Shown piece by piece: positions 1 through 8,045 of a stretch of DNA of 10,320 bases. Location of the stretch: the NCBI GenBank assembly GCA_045047115.1, contig JASFYR010000004.1, positions 1 to 10,320 on the forward strand, written 5' to 3'. Position 1 is the stretch's first letter; each line of letters begins with the position of its first letter. Made by a program: the position numbers and the translations under genes. The DNA comes from Sulfurospirillum sp. GTDB taxonomy: Bacteria; Campylobacterota; Campylobacteria; Campylobacterales; Sulfurospirillaceae. The notes under the pieces are model-generated. The model did no database searches. It worked only from the letters and a program-made list of their open reading frames with translations, and was not told the origin of the DNA.

Positions 1-41
1 CTTTGCGTAGATTTGGCAAGGATCGAGATTAATTTAAATAC

Positions 42-47
42 TATAAT
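42..47 (+). promoter_or_regulatory. Putative sigma70 -10 box (TATAAT) for dapD
   Basis: Perfect TATAAT at 42-47 in AT-rich context, ~73 nt upstream of the dapD ATG. No clear -35 box, which is usual for Campylobacterota promoters. Confidence 0.55.
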
Positions 48-82
48 TTCTAGGCGACAGCCTTAGCTTTAGTCGCGAGGAA

Positions 83-109
83 TTTAATAGGAGCTTTGCT
101 CCTATTAAA
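83..109. repeat. Perfect 12-bp inverted repeat (hairpin) in the dapD leader
   Basis: TTTAATAGGAGC (83-94), loop TTT, GCTCCTATTAAA (98-109). It abuts the purine-rich RBS (AAGGGG, 108-113). Confidence 0.85.
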
Positions 110-120
110 GGGGACATTAA

Positions 121-1320
121 ATGAAAAAAATAAAAACAGTAGAAGAGTTTAAAGAGTTGGTTGCAACTATCGAAACAAAAGGCTACAGAAAGCCATTGGG
201 TTTTGGTATTGCAAGAGTTGACAGAGGACAGATGAACTACAATTCTGTACTTCAGGCGAACTATCCCGTTATAAATTGGAATGAAAATTTTGGTTCAGCT
301 TCTATATTTTTGGAAGCATTAGTGCAAAGTGGTGTTGAGGTTGACTTTGGTAAAAGCGAGTTTGTATGTGAAGTAAATAAAAAGTTTATCAAGTTCGCTT
401 ATAATGCTTTTACCCCATTTTTAGATGAAGCAGTTGGCGAAGCACATAAAAATGTTCAAGTCATAAATGTTTTAAAGTGGATAAAAAAAGAGGTTGATCT
501 CGGAGACTACAGAGTAGTTTTTATCTTTGAGGATGATGCTCCAAAGAGTGTTGAGAGTGTATATCTTAAGCTTTATGCTCTTTCAAGCGGTAAAGCTGAA
601 CTTAGAAGCTTGAACTTAAATGGTGCCTTTGGAGTATTGCCAAATGTTGCATGGAGTGGAAGAGAGCCTATAGAGCTTGATTGGTTGAGAGAAAATGAAG
701 TTGAATTGAAGCTTTTGGGTGAGTATCCGACTATTGACTCAGTAGATAAATTTCCAAGATTTCTCTCTCATATCATTCCGGCTGATAACACAAGGATATT
801 GGATAGTTCAAAAGTTCGCATGGGAGCACAATTAGCAGCAGGAACTACAGTTATGCCAGGAGCCAGCTATATCAACTTCAATGCGGGAACAACCGGAGCA
901 GTTATGGTTGAGGGGCGTATAAGCTCGTCAGCGATAGTTGCAAAAGGTAGCGATGTAGGTGGTGGAGCAAGCATATTGGGAGTGTTGAGTGGAACAAATG
1001 GAAACCCTATAGGCATAGGGGAAAATACACTCCTTGGAGCAAATTCGGTCACAGGTATTCCTTTGGGAGATGGCTGTATCGTAGATGCCGGCATTGCCAT
1101 ACTGGAGGGAACAAAGATAGGTATAGAGCCAAATCAACTTAAAAAGATAAAAGAGGTAAATCCTGGATTTATATCTGAAGATAGTCAAGATTTGCAATTT
1201 TTCAAGGGCTTGGATTTGGCCGGACTCAATGGCATACACTTTAGGCAAAACAGTACAAACGGTATGATCCAGGCATTAAGAAGCCAAAGAGAAGTTATTT
1301 TAAATAAAGAGTTACATTAA
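121..1320 (+). CDS. dapD: 2,3,4,5-tetrahydropyridine-2,6-dicarboxylate N-succinyltransferase (long Campylobacter/Helicobacter-type DapD)
   Basis: 399 aa with the motifs VDKFPRFLSHIIP, VRMGAQLAAGTTVMPGASYINFNAGT, MVEGRISSSA, DVGGGASILGVLSG and IGENTLLGANSVTGIPLGDGCIVDAG (left-handed beta-helix hexapeptide region), plus C-terminal FRQNSTNG...LNKELH. RBS upstream. Confidence 0.95.
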   Translation: MKKIKTVEEFKELVATIETKGYRKPLGFGIARVDRGQMNYNSVLQANYPVINWNENFGSASIFLEALVQSGVEVDFGKSEFVCEVNKKFIKFAYNAFTPFLDEAVGEAHKNVQVINVLKWIKKEVDLGDYRVVFIFEDDAPKSVESVYLKLYALSSGKAELRSLNLNGAFGVLPNVAWSGREPIELDWLRENEVELKLLGEYPTIDSVDKFPRFLSHIIPADNTRILDSSKVRMGAQLAAGTTVMPGASYINFNAGTTGAVMVEGRISSSAIVAKGSDVGGGASILGVLSGTNGNPIGIGENTLLGANSVTGIPLGDGCIVDAGIAILEGTKIGIEPNQLKKIKEVNPGFISEDSQDLQFFKGLDLAGLNGIHFRQNSTNGMIQALRSQREVILNKELH

Positions 1321-1341
1321 TATAGTGCGTAAGGTCGGTTA

Positions 1342-1350
1342 TGCTATAAT
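1342..1350 (+). promoter_or_regulatory. Extended -10 promoter element (TGcTATAAT) for the ABC-F gene
   Basis: TGCTATAAT in the 58-nt intergenic gap, 28 nt upstream of ATG 1379. Confidence 0.65.
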
Positions 1351-1378
1351 CGCGTAAAAAATTTAGGATTATAGATAT

Positions 1379-2971
1379 ATGGTAGAAGTAAATAATTTAA
1401 CGATGAGATATGGCTCAAGAGTTCTGTTTGAAAATATAAATTTAAAACTTGATGTTGGCAAAAGATATGGGCTTATAGGTGCAAATGGTGCCGGAAAAAG
1501 TACTTTTATGAAAATTTTATCAGGTGAACTTGCACCAACCAGCGGAAATATATCCGTTCAAAATGGGCTTAGAGTCGGGATTTTGAGTCAAAATCAGTTT
1601 GCATTCGAGGATTTTACTCTAAAAGATGCAGTGATGTATGGCAATAAAAGACTTTATGATGCTATAAAAGAGAAAGAAGATCTCTATATGAACGGAGACT
1701 TTGAAGATGAAAAAGTTAATGACAGACTAGCCGAGCTTGAGATAATCTGCGCTGAAGAGGATCCCACTTATGAAGTGGATGTAAATATCGAAAAAACTCT
1801 CACATCTTTGGGCTTTACTGTAGAGACACACGAGGATTTGATGAGCTCACTCTCAGGCGGAGATAAGTTTAAGATTTTACTTGCTCAAGTTTTATACTAT
1901 AAGCCTGAAGTTCTCTTTTTGGATGAGCCTACAAATAACCTTGACTTAGAAGCGATAGCATGGCTTGAAGAGCAACTTAAAAGACACGATGGTACCATGG
2001 TGATTATCTCTCATGACAGACACTTTTTAAACTCCATTTGCACAAATATACTTGATCTTGATTTTAAAAAGATAAGAGAATTTACGGGCAACTACAATGA
2101 CTGGTATATGGCAGCAAATCTTATACAAAAACAACAGGAGTTAGAGAGAAATAAAAAGTTAAAAGAGAAAGAGGAACTAGAAGCTTTTGTTAGAAGATTT
2201 TCAGCAAATGCTTCAAAGGCAAAGCAGGCTACGAGTCGCCAGAAACAGCTTGAAAAATTAAATATCGAGGATTTGCAAACTTCAGCCAGACGTGACCCAA
2301 GTATAGTTTTTAAACTCAAAAGAGAGATAGGAAATGAAGTCTTAGAGCTAGAGAATATCTCACAAAGTTTTGATGAAGAGGTTTTAAAAAATATAAATTT
2401 TAGAGTTGAAAAGGGTGACAAGATAGCATTGATAGGACCAAATGGTATAGGAAAAACTACTCTTATTGGTATAATTACCGGTGATTTAAAACCTGATACA
2501 GGTATTATAAAGTGGGGAGCAACTATAGAACCGAGTTACTTTCCACAAAATACAACCGATTTGATAGATGGTGAAGAACCACTGTATGAGTGGCTACAGA
2601 GTTTTGGTGAAAAAAAAGATATAGATGAGGTGAGAAAGTGCCTTGGTCGTATGCTTTTTTCAGGCGAAGAGCAAAAAAAGAGTATCAAGAGTATAAGTGG
2701 TGGTGAAAAACATCGTATGATGCTCTCAAAAATTATGCTGCAAAGAGGAAACTTTTTGATTCTTGATGAGCCGGATAATCACCTTGATTTGGAGGCTATT
2801 ATAGCATTAGGTGAGGGTTTATATAATTTTGACGGAAATGTCATATGTGCAACCCATGACAGAGAGCTTATAGATGCTTTTGCAAACAGAATCATAGAAT
2901 TAAAAGATGATGGAGGTTTTGTAGATTTTAAAGGAAATTATGAAGAGTACAAAGAGCATATCGGTATATAG
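1379..2971 (+). CDS. ybiT: ABC-F family ATP-binding protein (YbiT-like, ribosome-associated ATPase)
   Basis: 530 aa with two ABC cassettes and no TM segments. First cassette: Walker A GANGAGKST, signature LSGGDK, Walker B LFLDEPTNNLD, ISHDRHFLN. Linker: FVRRFSANASKAKQATSRQKQL, typical of the YbiT subfamily. Second cassette: GPNGIGKTT, ISGGEK, LILDEPDNHLD. Confidence 0.9.
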   Translation: MVEVNNLTMRYGSRVLFENINLKLDVGKRYGLIGANGAGKSTFMKILSGELAPTSGNISVQNGLRVGILSQNQFAFEDFTLKDAVMYGNKRLYDAIKEKEDLYMNGDFEDEKVNDRLAELEIICAEEDPTYEVDVNIEKTLTSLGFTVETHEDLMSSLSGGDKFKILLAQVLYYKPEVLFLDEPTNNLDLEAIAWLEEQLKRHDGTMVIISHDRHFLNSICTNILDLDFKKIREFTGNYNDWYMAANLIQKQQELERNKKLKEKEELEAFVRRFSANASKAKQATSRQKQLEKLNIEDLQTSARRDPSIVFKLKREIGNEVLELENISQSFDEEVLKNINFRVEKGDKIALIGPNGIGKTTLIGIITGDLKPDTGIIKWGATIEPSYFPQNTTDLIDGEEPLYEWLQSFGEKKDIDEVRKCLGRMLFSGEEQKKSIKSISGGEKHRMMLSKIMLQRGNFLILDEPDNHLDLEAIIALGEGLYNFDGNVICATHDRELIDAFANRIIELKDDGGFVDFKGNYEEYKEHIGI

Positions 2972-2992
2972 ATAGTCATATTTAAGTTTTTT

Positions 2993-4810
2993 TTGATTTT
3001 AATTCTATTTTTTACTTCTTTGTATTCGATTGATATAAAGAACGACACAAAGGATGGTGGGATTTTATCATCGGCACAGACTCTAGTATGTGCATGTACT
3101 AAGAATATAGCCAGTATAAGAAAATCAAAAGAGTTTAAGAAGCAAGACAGTGAACATATAAATTTAGGTTTTAGCCCGAAATTGACTGTTTGGGTAAAGT
3201 TAAAATTTCACAATAAAGAGAGACAAGAGCTAACAAGGGTGATAAGAGTAGACAATCCTCTTTTGGAAGATGTTGTTTTTTACAGCAGCCAAGATGCATA
3301 TCTACCCCATGCCAAAGGTTTGCTTCACATCAAGGATACTCAGAAGTATCTATACCCCACATATCTACTAAAATTAAAACCAAAAGAGACAATTGAGATA
3401 TATATAAAAATCAAAAACAAGACAACAGGCTTACAGTTTGGTTTGGATTTGCTGAAAAAAAACAATCTTGACAAAAGCGACAGAAGAGAACAGTTTTTTA
3501 TCATATTTTTTATAGGAATTTTGAGTGCATTTTTGATATACTCTTTGGTTTTGTATATCTACACCAAGGATAAAAGCTACTTTTTGTACTCTGCTTATCT
3601 CTTTTTTCTGATATTTCAACAACTTACATTTATAGGCTTTATGCCACTTTATACCCCAAAAGAGTTTACATATATAGATAATTTAATGGTAGTCCCAAAA
3701 GTTGCTTTTATGATTATAGCTGCAGCTCTTTTTGCAAAAAAATTCCTTAGAATAAAAAAATTTACTTCTTTAAATAAGATATATAACTATTTTATACTCT
3801 TTTTGATTTTACAGATGCCATTGTTTGGAACACAATGGTTCTATCTTCCTGAAGTTACAGTGTTGACAGGCTTTTTGTTTGTTATTTTTAATACATATTG
3901 TGGATTTTATGTCTATTTTCACGGTAATAAACAAGCTAGATTTTTTATAGTTGGTTGGATTTTTTTAATTGTTGGATACCTGATTATGATTTTTGATTCT
4001 CTAGGTTTGATCTCGATTATGTACTATTTTCCTCAGCTTATATTGTGTCTTACGGCATTTGAGGCTCTGTTCTTGCTTTTGGCTTTTGTGGACAAAATAA
4101 ATATACTCGATATTCAAAAAAAAGAGTTAAATCAAGAGTTGCTGAAAGAGATGACAAATCGACACAGATTGGTGGAGGCTGAAGTTAAGAAGAAGACAGA
4201 AGAGTTAAATATGGCAGTAAAGGAGAAAACTACACTGCTTAGAGAGTTGCACCATAGAGTTAAAAATAATCTTCAACTGATTTTATCTATAATCCGACTC
4301 CAGAGATATGATATAAAAGATGAGGAGATAGTAGAACAGTTTAAAAAGCTGGAGCTTCGTGTCAAATCAGTTGCAAAGACACACGAGATGTTGTGTGCAA
4401 GTGAAGATATAGCCAGAGTAGATATGGGTGAGTATGTGGTGGAGTTGTGCGAAGAGATTAAAAATGGATTTACAAGAGACAATGTTGAAATTAGATATGA
4501 TATAGAGTTGAATCTTCCCTTGTGTAAAGCTGTATATCTTGGATTGATTATAAATGAGCTGGTTTCTAATTCTATCAAGCATGCATTTGATGAGAGCGGA
4601 GGAGTGATCAGCGTGGTATTAAAAGAGTCGCATCAAAGATATATACTGAGTATAAGCGACAATGGAAAAGGCTACAAAGAGACAGAGGTAAATAAAAAAA
4701 CATTGGGGTTGAGATTGGTTGATTCATTGGTTTTAAACCAATTGGATGGTACAATTGATTTAATAAAAGGTAAAAATACCGAGTATGTTATAAGTTTTTC
4801 AAAAATATAA
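2993..4810 (+). CDS. 7TM-DISM sensor histidine kinase (7TMR-DISMED2 extracytoplasmic domain + 7TM + HisKA_2 + HATPase_c)
   Basis: N-terminal hydrophobic leader; DISMED2-like segment INLGFS..TVWVKLKFHN...IRVDNPLLEDVVFY; seven hydrophobic helices (about aa 168-366); coiled coil; HisKA_2 H-box ELHHRVKNNLQ; N-box INELVSNSIKHAF; G1 DNGKG; G2 LGLRLV. The start codon is uncertain (TTG 2993, or an upstream ATA). Confidence 0.9.
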   Translation: MILILFFTSLYSIDIKNDTKDGGILSSAQTLVCACTKNIASIRKSKEFKKQDSEHINLGFSPKLTVWVKLKFHNKERQELTRVIRVDNPLLEDVVFYSSQDAYLPHAKGLLHIKDTQKYLYPTYLLKLKPKETIEIYIKIKNKTTGLQFGLDLLKKNNLDKSDRREQFFIIFFIGILSAFLIYSLVLYIYTKDKSYFLYSAYLFFLIFQQLTFIGFMPLYTPKEFTYIDNLMVVPKVAFMIIAAALFAKKFLRIKKFTSLNKIYNYFILFLILQMPLFGTQWFYLPEVTVLTGFLFVIFNTYCGFYVYFHGNKQARFFIVGWIFLIVGYLIMIFDSLGLISIMYYFPQLILCLTAFEALFLLLAFVDKINILDIQKKELNQELLKEMTNRHRLVEAEVKKKTEELNMAVKEKTTLLRELHHRVKNNLQLILSIIRLQRYDIKDEEIVEQFKKLELRVKSVAKTHEMLCASEDIARVDMGEYVVELCEEIKNGFTRDNVEIRYDIELNLPLCKAVYLGLIINELVSNSIKHAFDESGGVISVVLKESHQRYILSISDNGKGYKETEVNKKTLGLRLVDSLVLNQLDGTIDLIKGKNTEYVISFSKI

Positions 4811-4820
4811 AGAGAAGAGT

Positions 4821-5495
4821 ATGAAAAAAATATTGATAGTTGAAGATGAGAGTTTGGTGGCGTTGGATATATCTGAGAGTATAGCATCTTTAGGGTATAA
4901 AGCCGTGGGTCCAGCTTCTAGTTTTGATATGGCTGTAGAGCTTGCATCTAACTACCGGCCTGATTTGATTCTTATGGATATTTGCCTCAAGGGAGAAAAA
5001 GATGGCATAGAGGTTGCCAGTGTTATTAAAGCAAAGTATGATACACCCGTCATTTATATAACTGCGCTAAACAGTGAAGATGATATACAAAGAGCAATTT
5101 TGACTAACCCTAGTGCATATCTCATAAAACCTTTCGACATAAAGTCTCTTCAAGTTGCTATCAAAATAGCACTAAACCATAACAACGGAAACTCTGTTTT
5201 GAAGGGAGATATCATATTTGATGATGAATTTAGTTATGATTCTTCAACAAAACAGTTAATACTCAATGGAGAGTTTGTTGGGCTTACAAAAAAAGAAAAT
5301 AGCCTTTTGGAGCTTCTTTTGGATAATGCGAACAGTATAGTTGACCCATATATCATAGAGAATCATATATGGCCTGATAAAGATGCAAATGTAAATACTC
5401 TAAGAGCACTTGTCAGCAGACTAAGAGTAAAACTCAAATATAAATTTATAGAAACCATCCCGTCTATCGGTTACAGATTTACACATATCAAATAG
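4821..5495 (+). CDS. Two-component response regulator, REC + OmpR/PhoB-type winged helix
   Basis: ILIVEDE acidic pocket, phosphoacceptor in DLILMDI, YITA, KPF. C-terminal LTKKE..LLELL...IWPD...TLRALVSRLRVKL...IETIPSIGYRF is Trans_reg_C-like. Starts 10 nt after the kinase stop. Confidence 0.92.
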   Translation: MKKILIVEDESLVALDISESIASLGYKAVGPASSFDMAVELASNYRPDLILMDICLKGEKDGIEVASVIKAKYDTPVIYITALNSEDDIQRAILTNPSAYLIKPFDIKSLQVAIKIALNHNNGNSVLKGDIIFDDEFSYDSSTKQLILNGEFVGLTKKENSLLELLLDNANSIVDPYIIENHIWPDKDANVNTLRALVSRLRVKLKYKFIETIPSIGYRFTHIK

Positions 5496-5535
5496 ATAAT
5501 TAATCAAAAATTAATATAAACTCCTAATAAACTAA

Positions 5536-5571
5536 TTTTGCAATGTTTTTGCAATGCCTTTTTGCTAGTAT
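5536..5571 (+). promoter_or_regulatory. Tandem direct repeat TTTTGCAATG x2 (11-bp period) followed by an extended -10-like TGcTAGTAT; putative regulated promoter
   Basis: TTTTGCAATG at 5536-5545 and 5547-5556. TG-C-TAGTAT at 5563-5571. RBS AGGAG at 5590-5594 before ATG 5601. Confidence 0.55.
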
Positions 5572-5600
5572 TTGCTCATATAAAAATTTAGGAGCAAATC

Positions 5601-6431
5601 ATGGTAAGAAAGATTTTAATCGTCTCGTTACTGTTTTTTGCCACTCTTGGATTTTCTGCATCAGAGTATGATAAGGATATTACAGTTCTAAATCAAAGCA
5701 GAAACGATAAGGTGGTAGCAGTATTTAAAGAGATGATGAAAGCTTATGAAGAAGGGGATATAAGTGGTTTTTTCTCTTATGTGTCAGAAGACAGGTTTAT
5801 ACAGGATTATATGACCTTTTATGATGCTATTGAGAAAGATATGCGGATTTATGACATATTAAATGTAGACACATGGGTAGATAAAATCACGCAAGATGGT
5901 ATAAAAAGGTATCTGTATGTCACTTGGCAAAAGAGATATCAAAGCACTAGCAGTGATAACGAGCTCTTCAAAAAAGGCTACTCAAGATTTCTATTTGATG
6001 AAGTAAATGGAAAATACAAACTAATTGGACTTGCAGGAAATAATTTTTGGGGTGGAAGTCTTGCTGAGTGGAGAGAGGAAGTACCTGAAATAGCGGGACA
6101 AGAACATTATGATACAGCCCCGTCTTTACCGGATTTGATCGTTGAAAATATAACTTGTCCATCAGGAGCTGGTGGAGCTATGCCTGTTGAATTTGATATT
6201 TCCAATATCGGAACAGGAGATACCACTTCCGGTTCTGTGGAGTATGGATATTCAGGAGGAATGTATCCGTCTCAACCTCAATATAACGGAGACATACCTT
6301 CTGGAGGTTCTGTTCATATTTCTACTTCTGGTGATTGCTATGGTGGAGAAACTGCAACAGTTGATCCAAATAATTTAATTAAAGAGTCTAATGAGAATAA
6401 TAATATAGCTACAAATGGATCACCACTATGA
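5601..6431 (+). CDS. Secreted protein: signal peptide + NTF2/SnoaL-like domain + C-terminal CARDB-type Ig-like domain
   Basis: Sec signal MVRKILIVSLLFFATLGFSA. NTF2-like pattern: FKEMMKAYEEGDISGFFSYVSED, a helix, then beta strands ending FLFDEVNGKYKLIG. CARDB signature LPDLIVENI...FDISNIGTG...TVDPNNLIKESNENNN from nt 6126. Strong RBS. Confidence 0.8.
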   Translation: MVRKILIVSLLFFATLGFSASEYDKDITVLNQSRNDKVVAVFKEMMKAYEEGDISGFFSYVSEDRFIQDYMTFYDAIEKDMRIYDILNVDTWVDKITQDGIKRYLYVTWQKRYQSTSSDNELFKKGYSRFLFDEVNGKYKLIGLAGNNFWGGSLAEWREEVPEIAGQEHYDTAPSLPDLIVENITCPSGAGGAMPVEFDISNIGTGDTTSGSVEYGYSGGMYPSQPQYNGDIPSGGSVHISTSGDCYGGETATVDPNNLIKESNENNNIATNGSPL

Positions 6432-8002
6432 TACAAATACTATTCGTTATATTACCTATATTGGCGGTGAGTGTTTTGGGGGCAGATAAAAAAACCGATG
6501 AATGGAAAGTAAACGGACGCTTAAACGCTTACATCCAAAGTATAGATACACAAGGTGAAAGCAACACAACAAAAGAGGGTACAACTCATGTAGAGGAGTT
6601 AAATCTAAACTTTGCAGGACCACTTAAAAACGGACATGCAGGAGTTGAGATGAGAATGAGAACTACAAATGATGATAATGTCCAAAAAGATGGTGCAGAA
6701 CTTCTCTATCTTCACTCATATTTTAGAAACAAGATTTGGACACTCGAAGCCGGAGATGTTGCAGCCTCTTTTAATCCATATATTTTTGGTGGAAGTGTAA
6801 AAGGATTAAAAGCGAAATATAAATCTCCAAATAAAGATAAAAAGTGGGATTACACGATTATATCTGGTTTTAGAAAAGGAAGTTGGAGAGAGGTTTTTAA
6901 AGATGTTAGCGGTGAAGCTCCTACCGCATATGCCGGTGCTTTTGAGGCAAGATACATACATGCCAGAGCCAAAGAGATAGCACTTAGCGTAGCAGCATAC
7001 AAAGATGATCTCTCAACAGGAGATGCAAATTCATCTGTTCTTGGTAAAAAAGGTATAGGTTTTGGGATCGACGGTAAGTGGAGATTTAGTAGATATGTTA
7101 CACTAAAGGGTAGAGTTGCCTTGACAAACGGAACCGATGATATAAAAAACGATAAGCCGAGCAAAACCCACGGTGCAATCTATATAAAATTACTTACAAG
7201 ACCAGTTTTGAGATCAGTAAAGAGTAATTTCACATATCAAAGAGTTGCGTCTGATTTTCTATCATTTGGCGGAAACGGGACAAAAGATAAAGAGCAGATT
7301 GAAAACTCAACATCATGGAGAATTAACAAAAAATTTCGTGCAAGCCTTAGTCTAAAAGCAAACAGAGACAATCTGGATGGTGCTCTGGGAGATACCAGAC
7401 ATATCTACTATGAGATGCTTCGATTGAGCTATTATCCCAATTTTTTAAAGAGAGGAGATATAAATTTCAAACTCTCAAACAAAGATACCAAAGGAAGAGG
7501 TGCTAACAACAACAGACAGATAGCAGGAGTTGATTTTAACCTTCGTAAAAAGTCTGGCTGGAGATATGGCGCTGGATTTGAGTATAATGACTATGATGAT
7601 GACAACTCAACAGCCTCGTCTCAAACTACAACCATCTATAAAGCATTGGTGGGATACAGACATAAGATCAGCAAAACGCAATCTTACCGTGTAACTATCA
7701 GGACAAATTATCAAGATATCCACGGAGATCAAGATAAGATAGGTTTTAAGATAGATGCGGGATATGTTCACAACAAGCATCTGTCTATGGATCTGTCATA
7801 TAACATAAATGATACGGATTATGATAACTCAAATGATACTCAAAACAGTACCTATCAGTTCAGAACTACATATAAAATCGACACAAAAGGCGCCAAAACA
7901 GTTCGACTTCTCTTGGAGAAAAGAGATGTTGATGTTGAGAATGATGGCGCAAACAGCTACAACGAATACAGAGGAAAACTCTCATTTGTTGTGAATTTTT
8001 AA
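6428..8002 (+). CDS. Putative outer-membrane beta-barrel protein of unknown family
   Basis: 524 aa with a hydrophobic signal peptide. Many amphipathic strands with aromatic ends (WKVNGRLNAY, FGIDGKWRF, WRYGAGFEY, FKIDAGYVH, YQFRTTYKI). C-terminal YRGKLSFVVNF ends in Phe, resembling a BAM beta-signal. ATGA overlap with the upstream gene. Confidence 0.8.
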   Translation: MIQILFVILPILAVSVLGADKKTDEWKVNGRLNAYIQSIDTQGESNTTKEGTTHVEELNLNFAGPLKNGHAGVEMRMRTTNDDNVQKDGAELLYLHSYFRNKIWTLEAGDVAASFNPYIFGGSVKGLKAKYKSPNKDKKWDYTIISGFRKGSWREVFKDVSGEAPTAYAGAFEARYIHARAKEIALSVAAYKDDLSTGDANSSVLGKKGIGFGIDGKWRFSRYVTLKGRVALTNGTDDIKNDKPSKTHGAIYIKLLTRPVLRSVKSNFTYQRVASDFLSFGGNGTKDKEQIENSTSWRINKKFRASLSLKANRDNLDGALGDTRHIYYEMLRLSYYPNFLKRGDINFKLSNKDTKGRGANNNRQIAGVDFNLRKKSGWRYGAGFEYNDYDDDNSTASSQTTTIYKALVGYRHKISKTQSYRVTIRTNYQDIHGDQDKIGFKIDAGYVHNKHLSMDLSYNINDTDYDNSNDTQNSTYQFRTTYKIDTKGAKTVRLLLEKRDVDVENDGANSYNEYRGKLSFVVNF

Positions 8003-8008
8003 TCTCTG

Positions 8009-8045
8009 CATGTAGAGGGTAAAGCTACTCTCTACATGTCTTTTT
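8009..8045 (+). terminator. Intrinsic terminator-like hairpin between the barrel gene and the large ORF
   Basis: 13-bp stem CATGTAGAGGGTA (8009-8021), loop AAGC, TACTCTCTACATG (8026-8038), with one G-U pair, followed by TCTTTTT. Confidence 0.6.

Noticed and set aside
1..32. Possible 3' end of an upstream gene (frame 3, LRRFGKDRD then TAA at 30-32)
   Set aside because: Too short to support.
48..120. Lysine riboswitch upstream of dapD
   Set aside because: The leader is only ~70 nt, far shorter than a lysine riboswitch, and lacks its multi-stem architecture.
867..1248. Minus-strand ORFs 867-1100 and 928-1248
   Set aside because: Antisense shadows of dapD with no recognisable motifs.
1379..2971. 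ABC-F as an antibiotic-resistance (ARE) protein or as an exporter ATPase for the cluster
   Set aside because: Length and linker match housekeeping YbiT, and there is no TM partner or mobile context.
2092..4887. Minus-strand ORFs 2092-2421, 3431-3622, 4273-4578, 4367-4582, 4672-4887
   Set aside because: They lie opposite well-supported ABC-F, kinase and regulator genes and have typical antisense composition.
5968..7994. Short ORFs 5968-6162 (-), 6172-6378 (+), 6850-7164 (-), 7809-7994 (+)
   Set aside because: Nested in alternative frames of longer, motif-bearing genes, with no independent support.
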